From Eledone cirrhosa (Eukaryota): a stretch of DNA of 64,000 nt. Shown piece by piece: positions 12,719 to 26,692 of this stretch; position 1 is the stretch's first letter; each line of letters starts with the position of its first letter. The stretch is taken from NCBI GenBank assembly GCA_964016885.1, contig OZ024743.1:65286001-65350000 (forward strand). Reading direction: 5' to 3'. The position numbers and the translations under genes were made by a program. Below the pieces are notes generated by a model. It was not told the origin of the DNA, ran no database searches, and was given only the letters and a program-made list of their open reading frames with translations.

Positions 12719-15182
12719 TAGCAGAAGTACCCGGCGTTGCCCGGGTGTAAGTCGACCTTTGGTCTGTTAGAATGTGTGAAAGTTACTTCCCGCGCATCAC
12801 AGGTTCAAAACTTCGAACTTCAATTAAAAAAAATAGGTTAGTAGACACAGGTGTGTAATTTATTAATTGTAGTTACACAGTGTATCGTTGAAATTGTTCT
12901 CTGCACGACTGACGGAAGTCAAAATCGCTTGATATTGAATGTTCAGTTAATTTAAAGCAGGGTGAAAATGTCGATTACTTTCAGGGTTCTTTTTTTTTTA
13001 CAATTTTTGCGCTCACATGTACAGAAGAAGAATTAAAAGGGCCTTTATCTTAACCGCGGCATAATGGCGAGTCTTTTGTGATAGTTTTCAAGAATATAGG
13101 ACGTTCCTGTAAAAAGTTTTCCCATGTGTAACTTTGCCTTGTTTTTTTGCGCAAAGTCGAGCCCCGCTTCAGTTTTATTGATTTTTTACATTAATACGTG
13201 ATCTCTGAAGTAGATTTGAGTAGCTAAAAACCTGTCCCGGTAAATTTGCTATAGGTGAAAAAAAGTTGATCAAAATTGTATCTAGGGTTATTGCCCTTTG
13301 CCACAGCCTCAAGCCTCGTCTGACGGGATGTTGGTGATTCCTCCGCCAGCGCTTGTTGGCGACGAAGGCGAACATCAGCAAGCCTTGTCGTACGTGATGT
13401 TGGTGACTCAACCAGCCGGGAAAGACGTCTATCAGCGAGTCGAGATTCGCGCTCAGCATGTGTTTCCTAGAGAAAATTAATTAATTCTACTGGTTAGCTA
13501 AGCCAATAGCAGTGTCAATAGTAAATGAGAAAAGTCTAACATGAACAAAAGGGAATCAAGGTAAGACAATAAATTTAATATAACTACGATTAGAATGTTG
13601 TAGTTGCTTAAAAGTGGTGACAGTTAGGATAAACGCAGTACTTGCTAACATTAAGGGAGAATATTGCATAAAGTATTAATCAATTGTGAATGAACTCATA
13701 CTTGAGAACGCCTAATTCGTTGTCTCAAAGCAGTAGCTGTACCTTTTTTGGAGGTAAGTCTTGAACGTTTCCGTGTGGGCATAACGACGTGTAACGAAGC
13801 TGTTAGGTTAGAGAGAGGTGATTAAATACAGAGAGAGATGACACCAGATTCGTTAGCATGGTTACTGGTGAATGGGAAGGTTTGGAAATATGATTACAAT
13901 AAATTGCACTTAAAATAATTAAATTTAATAAAAAAACAGCTCTGCGCTTTATACTCCGGTGAGCCTTATGTATAAATAATACAATGGTAATCAATCACGG
14001 CTCTAACAGAAGTAATAGTTCTAGACTAAAAGTAAAGAAGATAGCATTTGCCTGGTTGGCCTTACACGCCGTTGCGCGGACCTGATTTTAAATGATACGC
14101 CTTATATCCTGGTGAGCCTTATAGAGCGGAAAATATCTATTGGAAAAGAATACGAATTCATGACCAAGGTGTGACAAAATAGGCGTCTATACAGCGCCTG
14201 AAACAAACTTGTCCCAAACCCTAGGATTTTTCTCGTTAAGTATCCACCCAAAAGGAACCGTTTTTTAGTTACAAAAAATAACCAAAGTGTATAGTAGCTA
14301 TATTTCTGACATATCATGCCAAAAAGAACAATATATTCAAAAAATGTTCTAAAGTACATCCAATCTCTCTTTTTGACCGATATCTTAATAAGCAAGTTAT
14401 CGATTTTTTATTGGCTGTCAGTGTCTATCTGCATGCAGGTGTGCACGTGTGCGCAATTAATTGCAAATACGCTCATAACATTTAGTCGTAAGCAGAACAA
14501 AAAATGCCATTAGAGGTGGGCTAATAATGAAGACGCAAACCCTGGTGAACTTACGTTTAAACACCCGAAAAGTTACTCACTTCCTGTGCGAAAGACTGTA
14601 TTATAAATTAAGTAATTTTTTAGAATCTTTTGTTTAAAAAAGGAAAACATTGGTACGACGTAACATTTTTTACAACTTTGTATGTGTACAATACAACTTG
14701 GTCAACGTATTATTTAGTAATTTTTTTTTCAAAAAGCATGATTATTTAAGACTGCTTGAAAATTTACTCACAGCTTTTAGCATCACAAAAGACACCATTA
14801 AATTTGGTTCCCTTTTCAGATAGGGATAATACTGTATTTCCACTTGAATAAGGTGGAATATGAAAAGATAAACTCTTTAATGGTCGGTCGTTTACTGAGA
14901 CAGCTGGGAAGACATGCAGCTGGCCGTCCAATCAATAACGCACGTCCTTATATGGGCATATGAAATTTATTTTTATTGCGCCAGATGTAAACTAAGAGTT
15001 CTTGTGTTCGAATTCACATAAAATTTCATTGGAATCGAAAAACATTCTGTCATAGGGCCCGATTATCGATTTTTCGAAAATTTCAAGTAGCCTATTCCAC
15101 TCTACGCGTTGAGTTTTATATATGTGTGAGGTTTCATGAAAATTGGATGAACGGTGTAGCATGCAAGTTCGGAACACCAAAC
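12716..15182 (+). mobile_element. Non-autonomous Helitron-like (HINE/Helentron-type) element
   Basis: Starts GCTAGCAGAAGTACCCGGCGTTGCCCGGG (CTAG plus a short hairpin) next to (TA)n. Ends with GTTTCATGAAAATTGGATGAACGGTGTAG, resembling the subterminal segment of such elements. No transposase ORF. Confidence 0.5.
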
Positions 15183-15379
15183 AGTGCATTACTGGTACCT
15201 TATTTTATCGACCCCGTAAGGATGAAAGGCAAAGTCAACCTCGGCGGGATTTGAACTCATATTTTGGAATATTAATAATAACATTCGATTCGTTTGCAAT
15301 TATGCAAACAAGCCTCATTTTTAAAGCCATGTCAGTAGAATGAGCCCCTCATTCTTGCTCTTGTGTTGGCATGTAAACA

Positions 15380-15429
15380 GAACTGCAAACACTAATGTTT
15401 CTGGGCATCCCCCTTCATCAGTAGAGCTC
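15380..15429 (-). ncRNA. Type I hammerhead ribozyme
   Basis: GAGCUCUA CUGAUGA aGGG GGAUG CCCa GAAACA UUAG UGUU UGCAGUUC; cleavage triplet GUU; one mismatch in stem I. Confidence 0.75.
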
Positions 15430-15494
15430 ACTGTTCACCTGCCAAACTGTCAGAGCTAGTGAAAATATATGCTATTTTCAAAAATACACAGTGA

Positions 15495-15595
15495 CTGATC
15501 GGCCTGATTTGCATATTAGCAGATTGTCTGATCAGTCAGATCTGCATATTAGCATATCCACTGATCAGCCAGGTTTGCATATCAGCAGACTAGCC
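15495..15595. promoter_or_regulatory. Three ~33-bp repeats with octamer or near-octamer motifs
   Basis: ATTTGCAT at 15507-15514, ATCTGCAT at 15540, GTTTGCAT at 15573. Also ATTTGCAT at 53900-53907 in copy 2. Function is inferred only. Confidence 0.4.
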
Positions 15596-16181
15596 AGTCA
15601 GTTTCCTGTATACGAGCGATAAATGGCCGGCTTTGCCACATTCAAATAAGAAAAAAAAAAATTATCGCTCTACACGGCTGAATACAATAAATGTAATCTG
15701 AGTTTTTCGAATATTAATAATAACATTCGATTCTGGCTGATGTAAAAAAATGTTTAAAGAGTTATAAAATTATAAAAGTTTTTAAAGATGTATATATATA
15801 TACATAGGCGATGAGATACATGAACACGCATGTAAACATAAACATATGCATGTAAACATAAATATATGCATATAAATATACATACTCACACATACATACG
15901 CATACATGCACAAATACAGACGCACGCACACGCACATACATATATATGCGCACACACGCACATACAAACCCATACAAACCCATACACATGAACGCCCGCA
16001 CAAACATATATAAACATTCATACATACACACATAAATACATACATACATACGTACATATATACATACACAGATACATACATACATATATACATACATACA
16101 TAATACATACATACATAAATATATATATATACATACATAATACATACATACATAAATACATACACACATACATACACACCC

Positions 16182-17675
16182 GATTAAGAAAGATCTGGTC
16201 ATCGGAACCCTCTGCGCAAAACAAAACAGTGGCTCACAATGTGTTTGCTGCGCCTGTCCTAACACCAACTTTTGGAATACTCAATTGGACGATAGACGAA
16301 ATCCGAGCAATTGATGTTAGAAATCAAAAAATACTAAACAACACCGGAAACTTCCACATCAACAGTGACATAGACCGCCTTTACTTGAAACGTAAGCAGG
16401 GAGGCAGAGGCCTAACATCAGTCCAGACAACATTTGAATGTCGCATCATATCCCTCCGACAACATCTACGGAACTCAAAGCGTAGGAGCCCGTCTCTCGA
16501 GCATGATCTTATCTGCATGAAACAGATAAGATCATGAAAGTTGGGAAGGAAATCCTTGAGAGGTATTCCCTGTGTGATAATCAAAAACTTACACCCAGGA
16601 AAGTCGCTCAGCAGTATCGCAGTGAATCCATGGATGAAAAACTGCATGCTTATCAGCAAAAAAATCATGCATGGATATGTTGCTAGGAAGCTCCAGAGTG
16701 AGAGTAATATAGATAAGGAAAGTAGTCTATCTTGGACCAACAACCGCTATATTGGCTCCCACTTTGAAGGATACGCTTTTGCAATCCAAGAACAGGAAAT
16801 CAACACGAAATACCTGATTCACAAAAGAGATAGGGATGCAGGCAAAACACCTAGATGTGATAACAAGTGCAGACTCTGCAGAATTAACATCGAAGATGTC
16901 ACCCATGTCATAAGCAGCTGTCCAAAGATATCACGGTACTATCTACCTATGAAGCATGATGTAGTGGCCAAAACACTGTGCAATCCGTAGAAAAGATAGC
17001 CCCGATAATAAACACATTAAAAGCTACAGCAATGTGAAAGACATACATATACATAATATGAAAGAGTACTGGTGGAATGTTCCAGTAAAAACCCCAATAA
17101 AATGCAGGCATAACAGACCAGATATTATGATATGGGACAGGGAAAAGAAGGCATGCAGAGTAATGGAAATTAGTTGCCCAGCAGATGCCAATATAATATC
17201 AAAGATTAGTGAAAAGGAGAATATTTATGCAGAACTGATGAGAAATCGGCAGATACTCCACCCTGATTACACCTTCAGATTTATGCCTGTGATTATTGGG
17301 GCACTGGGGTATGTTAGTGACTGCCTCAATACAAATCTTGAGAAGCTGGGCTTCACGGGAACAGAAAGAACACAACTAGTTAGGAAATTACAAGTACAAT
17401 CCATTAATGGAACAGTAAAAATATGTAAAACATTCCAAACATTTTGCATCTAATAACTGCATATACACATGTACAGATACAAAGCATATCCACATGCACA
17501 CATACAACTCAAAACATACACATTCACACATACAATAACATCCATGCCTACACATGCATGCATGCATACATATCTACCTAGTTGATGTTGTGTAAATTCC
17601 AATGAATCTTGTGTCTGTTAGAAACCGACTCTCTCTCTATTGGTAAAAATTTGTGAAATTATAAAACCAGAAGAA
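16182..17675 (+). mobile_element. R4/Dong-like non-LTR retrotransposon, 5'-truncated (family A)
   Basis: ORFs 16229..16537, 16541..16990 and 17034..17453: DIDRLYLKRKQGGRGL, CRLC..EDVTHVISSCP (CCHC), HNRPDIMIWD..EISCP (RLE). Flanked by (CATA)n. Confidence 0.85.
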
Positions 17676-17821
17676 CATAATACATATATACATACATACA
17701 TACATACATAATACATAAATACATAAATACATACATACATATATACATAAATACATACATACATATATACATACATACATAATACATATATACATACATA
17801 CATACATACATACATACATAC

Positions 17822-20310
17822 AAAGAACAGGTTGAGAGCTACTGGAGATCTGTATGGGAAACGGATGACGGATTCAACAGACAAACTAAATGTTTAAAAG
17901 AACTGGAACAGGACTACTGCCAACATGTCCAGACAAAACAATATGACATAGATGGGTCAATACTGGAAACAGCTCTACAGAAAATGTCGAATAGGAAATC
18001 ACCAGGCCCAGACCTCATTACAGGATACTGGTTGAAGAATTTCACTTTCTATCGGCAAGATCTCATATGGCTGTTTACAGAAACCATTAAAGGCACACAA
18101 GAACTGCCCAGATGGTTATCAACTGCCACTACTCTCCTCATTCCCCCAAATAGCCAAACCACCCTTGCTAAAAATTACCGCCCAAAGCCTGCCAAAACAT
18201 CATGTATAAATTATATAGTGGGTGCCTTAACCTGTTCTTACAGGATCACTGTGCTACCAACAACATCATAACACCCGAACAAGCTGGTGGAAAGAGGGAG
18301 GTGTGGGGTTGCATAGATCACCTACTAACTAATAAAAGGATTCAAGAAAAAACAACAAAGAATCGCAGAAACATGACTGTGGTGTGGCTGGACTATCAAA
18401 AAGCATTTGATAGTGTACCTCATGGGTGGATTATTAAGGCTTTACAGTTAGCCAAAGTCCCACAACCACTGTTAGCTGCTGTTGAACGTCTGACCAAGAA
18501 CTGGTACACCAATTTGATCCTTAGAGGTGAGAAGGAGCAAGTTAAGACTGATAAGATACATTACCAGAAGGGCATCTTTCAGGGTGATAGCTTGTCAGTG
18601 CTTCTCTTCGTTCTCTCACTAATTCCACTATCCTACCTACTCAGGAAACAAGGTGGACAAAGAAGTGGGTCCAGAAGTATCTCCTAACTTTTCTTTGTTG
18701 ATGACCTGAAGTTGTATGGGCCAAATATCAATGACATCAAGAAACTATTGGACCTCATTACACAATTTTCAACAGACATCAAAATGAAATTTGGTGAGTC
18801 CAAGTGTGCATATTTGGCAGTAAAACGTGGAAGAGCTGTGCCCTCCTCTAGAAATCTAGAGATGAACGGACTGACAATACAACCTCTACAGTCAGGTGAC
18901 AACTACAGATATCTTGGACAGGATGAGAATGTCAGATATGATGGACCCATAAATAAGGAGAGAACCAGAACTGAATACTTCAGAAGAGTAAAGAAAATAT
19001 GGTCATCAGAACTGTCAGCGTACAACAAGTACATTGCCCACAATACTTATGCTGTGCCAATTCTAACGCCAACATTTGGCCTGCTGAACTGGTCATTGCA
19101 AGAACTAAGTGAGATGGATGTTAAAACTCGCAAACTTCTCAGTGTTACTGGGAACTTTAACATCAATGGTGATGTGGATAGGCTATACTTCTCACGCAAG
19201 GAAGGTGGTCGGGGTCTAAAATCCATATTAACATCATATGAGACCCGGATAGTAACACTGAAGCAACATCTTCAACAGAGGAAAAAGGTTGGCAACCATC
19301 TTGCCCAGGTTTATGAGCATGAAGAAAAAAGTATCATTAGGATAGCCACTGATCTGGAGGAGAAATATGGAATAAAGCCTGATATAAATCTCTCACCCAG
19401 AGAAATCGGAAGATCCTATTCAATGTTCAAACAAGATGAAAAAATTGACCAATTTACAGAAAAAGTTGTGCATGGATACTTGAGACGTAAAACACAGACC
19501 ATAGAGGGGATAAACCACTCAAAAAGCCTGGCATGGAGTTCCGACAAGTTTATGACATCACACCTTGAGGGATATCTCTATGCAATACAGGAACAAGAAC
19601 TCCCTACCAAATATCTTCTGCACAAAATGGGAGGGCCATCAGCTGACAATAAATGCAGGCTATGTAAAACAAAGATCGAAGATGTAAGCCATATTGTTGC
19701 CATCTGAGAAAGAATGTCACCTCGCTACTACCTCCCCATGAGACACGATGGGATAGCTAGAACCATCTGGAACGCACTTCGGAAAACAAAATTAAAAACA
19801 AACGAGGAAGAATATATTGAGACAGATGGCACTAAGGAATACTGGTGGAACCTGAAAATAAAAGAATTCCACCAAATTAAAGCACAACCGGCCTGATGTT
19901 GTTGTTTAGGACGACACATTGAAAACGTGTTCTGTTGTGGAGATCAGCTGCCCACTTGATGTAAACGTTGTCAGAAAAATACAGGAGAAGGAGGACATCT
20001 ACGGACCATTGATGAGGAGTTTACAAATCCAGTATCCAAGATACACCTTTAGCTTCATACCCATCATTATTGGAGCTACGGGTTATATACCAACCCGCTT
20101 GGACCATTGTATAACTGAACTTGGATTTGCGGACAAAGAGCGTAGCTCCCTAATTCATAGTCTACAAATGGCTGCGATAGCTGGCACCTTCAAAATTTGC
20201 AAAACATTCTTGCGCTTCAAGGATGACAATTTCTTTTCTTTTACAACCTTGCCACCAGGAAGGTGGCCGGTCAAAAATATACTCGAAATTAAGAGAAAGA
20301 GATAACATAA
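17822..20310 (+). mobile_element. R4/Dong-like non-LTR retrotransposon with RT, CCHC and RLE, 5'-truncated and frameshifted (family B)
   Basis: KSPGPDLI, NYRP, LDYQKAFDSVPH, GIFQGDSLS, FVDDLKLY, YRYLG, CRLCK..EDVSHIV, RPDV..EISCP across ORFs 17984-20305. Flanked by (CATA)n. Confidence 0.9.
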
Positions 20311-20917
20311 TACATACATACATAAATACATACATAAATACATACATAATACATACATAATACATACATACATACATAATACATACATACATGGCCGGTC
20401 AAAAATATACTCGAAATTAAGAGAAAGAGATAACATAATACATACATACATAAATACATACATAAATACATACATACATAATACATACATAATACATACA
20501 TACATACATACATACATAATACATACATACATACATACATAATACATACATACATAATACATACATACATAATACATACATACGTACATATATACATAAT
20601 ACATAAATATATACAGACAGATATGAATATGAATATACAAGTGCTAGTTCATTCATACATATATGCGTGGAGCGGGTGGGTGTATGGGAACTGTGGTGAT
20701 GGTAGGGAGAAGATGGAGTAGTAGTGGTGGTAGCGGCGGAGAATTAAAGAAGTGAATAATTAAAGAATTGGTGTACGGTAAAGATTATGGGAATATAATC
20801 TATGATGTTTGAGTGGTGGCGGGGTGGTGTTGATATTAAGTAGATAGATGAAATATAACTTACGGTGATATAACTACAATGAAGGTTAATAATATTATGG
20901 GATTATATATAATGACT

Positions 20918-21135
20918 GGTGAAGACGTGTGGCTGAGTGGTTAGAGAATTGGGTTCACAATCTTGAGGTTGTGAGTTTGATTCCTGGAAGGGCGATGCGT
21001 TATGTCCTTGAACAAGATACTTTACTTCACGTTGCTTCTTCTATCTGGAGTTGCGACCGATAGATAGTATTAGCAACTGGAAAGACCAACGGAAACATTG
21101 TTTCCTCGGTCCGATTTGACGAAAGTTGATCGATC
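20918..21135 (+). mobile_element. tRNA-derived SINE with CORE-like domain (family 2)
   Basis: A-box TGGCTGAGTGG, B-box GAGTTTGATTCC, then TGTCCTTGAACAAGATACTTTA. A close copy is at 41537-41750. Confidence 0.8.
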
Positions 21136-21154
21136 CTAAAATAGTGATGGTATG

Positions 21155-21570
21155 GATGTGTGTACGTGTGTACGTGTGTACGTGAGTGTGTGTGTGTGTA
21201 CGTGTGTACGTTTGTACGTAAATGCGTGTGTGCGTGTGTACGTGTGTGCGTGTGTACGTGTGTACGTGTGTACGTGTGTGTATGTGATTGCGTGTGTATA
21301 TGAGTGCGTGTGTACATGTGTACGTAAGTGCGTGTGTACGTGTGTACGCGTGTGCGTGTGTACATGAGTGCGTGTGTACGTGTGTGCGTGTGTACGTGTG
21401 TACGTGTGTACCTGTGTACGTGTGTGCGTGTGTACGTGAGTGCGTGTGTACGTGTGTGCGTGTGTGCGTGTGTACGTGTGTACGTGTGTACCTGTGTACG
21501 TGTGTGCGTGTGTACGTGTGTACGTGTGTACGTGTGTGTATGTGATTGCGTGTGTATATGAGTGCGCATG
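21155..21570. repeat. (GTGTAC/GTGTGC)-type compound microsatellite
   Basis: Repeating TGTGTACG units. Confidence 0.9.
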
Positions 21571-21819
21571 TGCTAGGTGCACATAAGTTATAAAAAACGT
21601 AATGAAAAATAAAATTGACAATGACAAAAATGCAAGAAAATATTAGAAAATAATATAATTTAAAAAAAATTAAAAAATTAAAATTTAAAATATAAAATTA
21701 TTATCAATAAAAAATTAAAAATGAAAACTTATTAAAAAACTATTAAAATTGATTTTTAAATGTAAAAAGCACGAGCACCACGGACATGGCTTTTTAGTCC
21801 TGCTAGGGACTTATCTATG

Positions 21820-22580
21820 GCCATAGCTATTGTGTGATAACATACCATAGCTACTGTGTGATAACATATAGCTATTGTGTGATAACATACCATAGCTATT
21901 GTGTGATAACATACGATAGCTATTGTGTGATAACATACCATAGCTATTATGTGATAACATATAGCTCTTGTGTGATAACATATCATAGCTATTGTGTGAT
22001 AACATATCATAGCGATTGTGTGATAACATACCATAGCTATTGTGTGATAACATACCATAGCCATTATGTGATAACATATAGCTATTGTGTGATAACATAC
22101 CATATTTATTGTGTGATAACATATCATAGCTATTGTGTGATAACATACCATAGCTATTGTGTGATAACATATCATAGCCATTGTGTGATAACATACCATA
22201 ACTATTGTGTGATAACATACCATAGCTATTATGTGATAAAATATAGCTATTGTGTGATAACATCATATCTATTGTGTGATAACATACCATAGCTATTCTG
22301 TGATAACATACCATAGCTATTGTGTGATAACATATAGCTATTATGTGATAACATATCATAGCTATTGTGTCATAACACACCATAGCTATTGTATGATAAC
22401 ATATAGCTATTGTGTGATAACATACCATAGCTATCGTGTGATAACATACCATAGCTATTGTGTGATAACATATAGCTATTGTGTGATAACATACCATAGC
22501 TATTGTGTGATAACATAGCTATTATGTGATAACATATAGCTATTATGTGGTAACATATCATAGCTATTATGTGATAACAT
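21820..22580. repeat. 21/24-bp minisatellite (CATAGCTATTGTGTGATAACATAC), ~33 copies
   Basis: Direct inspection. It abuts a short RTE-like 3' stub (KSLAGLKSH, minus strand, 21770-21812). Confidence 0.92.
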
Positions 22581-24462
22581 TTTGTTATGCGAGTTACCAA
22601 CACATCGTTTCTGAAGCCATGCACCCTTGTCCCCACTATGAGGGTATGCTACTCATACTCCACGTATATTATATTTTACATATGATTATTTGGAAAGAGT
22701 TGGGGCTCACTGGGATGATGTCAGTTCTGCACTTGTTGATCACGGTCCAACTATTGTGCAACCCTAGGTTATAATGCCATCTATGTGTATATAGCGTGGG
22801 GTTAACTATTAGACATGGCAACTACGTGTCTATATCACCAAGGGAAAAGAGCATCATCAAGGTTTCTTTTTTTAGTACCAGATTTATGATGGTGCAAACG
22901 ATGCAGCTAAATTAGAGCCACATAAAGGGAAGTCTACAATAAAAGATAACACCACCCGCACACACGTACATACACACACACAGAGATAGACAGACACACG
23001 CACACACAGAGACAGACAGACAGACACACACAATATCAATAACGAGCTACCTACAGCTATACCACATAAAATGTAAAGAAATCTCATTTGTCTATTGCTA
23101 AGAAATAGGAAGCAACACAGATTTTCACCTGATTCTTTCATCATCCAAACACACAATTAGCATTTGGTAGTTTCTCATGTGAACATGTTAGAATTTCTTC
23201 CACAATTCTCTACAGTAACTCTTCTGTAATGAATTATGTCATTTCTGAGCCAATTCTATATTATGTTATAGTTCCCATGATAAGGATACATTTGTGAAAA
23301 CATTTGTATTCTTTACGCTAAAATTGTATAAAGTCATTAAATGCATAGCCAGCTATGTACAGATCCTAATAAAACATCAAGCGGAGCAAATATTTTCACA
23401 GACTCCCAAGATAATGACTTTACCCAGACATCTCAGTCGAAACATAGTAAAATTCCCAACAGGAACAACCAAGCAACAAGACATGATGGATACATTATCT
23501 AAACTATACAAGCAGATTTATTTCACCAGATTAATTTTAATTATAACAGTTATTTTAATGTTGGTCTCGATTGGGTATGTAGCCGGATTATTTGGAGACG
23601 GTTACTTCCGATAGGACCCTCTGGAAGGCGTGTCTGACGACACTACCCACAGGATTCTCACAGGAATAACCGGGCGAAGGTATGTCTGAGGATTCTGGCT
23701 CTACGACTCTCTCAGGAATAAACAGGCAAATAATAATAATAATAAGACGACGATGACAACGATGACGATGGCGAAGAAGAAGAAGAAGAAGTTGTTCTAG
23801 TTATAAATGATTTGCTCATATTGTTTACTGTAATTAAAAAAATAAACTTTTTTTTTAGAGTTATAAGCTGGAAAGGAATTGTCTGAGTCGAATGTCGAAT
23901 AGAATGTTTTCTGGTATTTGTTCCGGCTCCCTGCGTTCTGAGTTCAAAACCAGCTGAAGGCAACTTTGCCTTTCATCCTTTCGAGGTCGATAAAAATGTA
24001 CTAGACCAGTACTGGAGTCAATTTTTCCTCTATACCTATCTCATCTCTCCCTCCCATCTCTCTCTCTTGCGCTCTCTTCTTCTTTGGAAGAAATTGTCTG
24101 TTCAAACCCGGAGAAGAGATGGGTTCCGCAAAGTTTGAAATGCCCAAGACTGGAGATATATCACCACCACGGCTCTACGACTCCACCAGAAGTTATAGGA
24201 GGTTCATACATACATACAAAGTTATACGTAGGACTTTTTGTCCAGATGTGTTAAAATCATAAGGACACCGTAGTGACATACTTAGATATTTTAAACATGG
24301 CGAAGCCCATCTCATCTCCAGGTCTAAACACACCAGATCTCTTACATAGACATTTTTTCCAATTCCATCCCGCCCGTCCCCTCAATCTATTTTATTTTAA
24401 GAAAAAAGAGAAAAAACTAAACATTAAAATAAAATAAAAATAAAAAAAGAGAAAAAGGGGAT

Positions 24463-24496
<34 letters not shown>

Positions 24497-24679
24497 AGAT
24501 TATGTCTAAGAAAAAGAAAAGGAAAAAAGGGAAGCTGCAAAACAGAAGTTTCTCTTGTTGAATATTTTTGTAGCTTCCATGTACTCAAGGATTTTGTTTA
24601 TATTTGGTAGACCTCTTATCATGTATTGAACTTCAAATTTTGGTAGTTTTTTAAAGATTGATTTCAGCATGGCCTCTCT

Positions 24680-24753
<74 letters not shown>

Positions 24754-24964
24754 TCTCTCAGACTGATAGATTCTACTTTGGAACATATGCCAAAGAGTTC
24801 CTGGAGAGTCACCACAAGAACACAGAGGTGAATCTCAACGACCTGTTCTTGGTAGAATGTAATGTAAAGTTATATGTCATGTTCGAAGCCAGCTTAGTAT
24901 TTCTTTATTTGCATTACTCAATGATCGATAAGTTTTGTATGTTGTCAAATCTGGTTGAGAAAGT

Positions 24965-25170
24965 TGGGGATTGAAATTTGTGACCTTATCTCTGGATTCT
25001 TCCCAAAATGATTCCCACCCTTGACTAATTATATGCTTGCTAAATGACTTTACCTGTGAACGATTTGGGATAGAGTCTATATCTATTATTTCCCTTTGTG
25101 ATCCCTCTTTTGCTAATTCGTCTGGTTTCCTATTTCCTCTAATATCTGTATGACCCAGTATCCAAATCAC
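24965..25170 (-). mobile_element. RNase H domain fragment of a non-LTR retrotransposon
   Basis: ORF 24877..25170 [21 protein letters not shown] resembles the WIPGH.G..GNE.AD..AK motif. Confidence 0.65.
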
Positions 25171-25172
25171 TG

Positions 25173-25264
<92 letters not shown>

Positions 25265-25846
25265 CATATTCGAAGTTCGATCAGCAGCTAAGCCAACGAA
25301 TGCTTCAGCAGTGCATCCAAGCACTCGACGAGGAATAGACCTCAGAGTAATAACATACAGTTTAAAGGGCTTTGCAAATTGAAAATAGCGACCGCTAATT
25401 CAGCCGCGTGATCTGTAGCAATGAAAGAACTGACGAGTGAGAAAAGGAAATACACACACACACACACACATACAGACACATATATATATATACATATAAA
25501 AATATACATACATACATACATATATGCACATATCTGTATATATAACATACCTGGACCATCACTTGGAAATTACTGAATATCCAAGTAAGGTTTCTGTAAA
25601 TCCGAAATCAACAAAAGCTGCTTGTGGTGTATACAAGTTAGGTTTCTGGAAGATCGAACAGAGGAATTTACTTTCTCAACAGGCTTTCGTTCTAACCCAA
25701 AACCCGGTGTGGAGCACATGTTACTCCAAAGGGAGGTAACCCCGGTTTCTGGAGGTCAATTCAAAGATTATGGGCAATGGAAAAAATTCCATACACAAAC
25801 TGAATTAAGCACTTAACCAGACCGTTATTAAACAAACTTATTATTA

Positions 25847-25914
<68 letters not shown>

Positions 25915-26223
25915 ATGTATGCGTGTGTGTATGTATGGTATGAATATAGCACTAGGGAAAACAAGGCAAGATTTGTTGATATTCGAGGAAACAATTATTA
26001 CACAATAGTGTCTAACACGTGTTTCAACGTAGTTAAAGACACTATTGTCTAGTAAATATATATTATTATATTTTGAGATTGTCATGTTGCCAATATTGCC
26101 AAAAGAAAGAAACCCACGCACCATTTAATTATCACATTATCTTTATTGTTATCGTTCGTTATTCATTCGTTTGTCAAAGTTCTCTCGTCACAGATTCTGT
26201 GACCTTCTCAATGACTATCTGTT

Positions 26224-26268
<45 letters not shown>

Positions 26269-26692
26269 CATATGTATATACATATGTATATATATAATGT
26301 ATATATATATTAGTACAGTTAAAAGCTCAAGCAATGAATTTCTCCTTTCATCCTAAGCGGGATCATCTGAAACTGAGAAAAATCAATCTGTAGATGGATT
26401 AGTAAATACTAAAAAAAAAAAATTACGACTATGTATTGCCGTATGAAAACAGGAAGACATAACAATAGCGCGTGAGGACGTTTTCTTGAGATAAGCGAAA
26501 TATATGTAAGGATAATTACATCGTTATGTTGAGTGGGAAGAACAAATTCTTGCTATAAAAAAATCAGGTGACTAATATTCTTTTTAGAATAGCCGAATAG
26601 TTTCCAGTTACCATATATGGAAAATGATATTAATAGTAGTAAAATGATTAAGCATAAACATACTGAAGGTATTAATAATAGTAAAAAATAAT

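Larger units (their letters stand above)
15260..15735 (-). mobile_element. Candidate retrozyme, copy 1 (442-bp monomer plus ~25-bp terminal redundancy)
   Basis: AATATTAATAATAACATTCGATTC occurs at 15268 and again at 15710. It contains a hammerhead at 15380-15429 and is homologous to 53617-54370. Confidence 0.75.

Noticed and set aside
15267-15734. The 25-bp direct repeat as a target-site duplication
   Set aside because: The same sequence is internal to copy 2 (~53665-53690), so it belongs to the element.
17984-20305. Intact active retrotransposon CDS
   Set aside because: It is 5'-truncated with several frameshifts and stops.
24464-24495. Poly-G run as a functional G-quadruplex
   Set aside because: It is a simple homopolymer of unreliable length with no supporting context.
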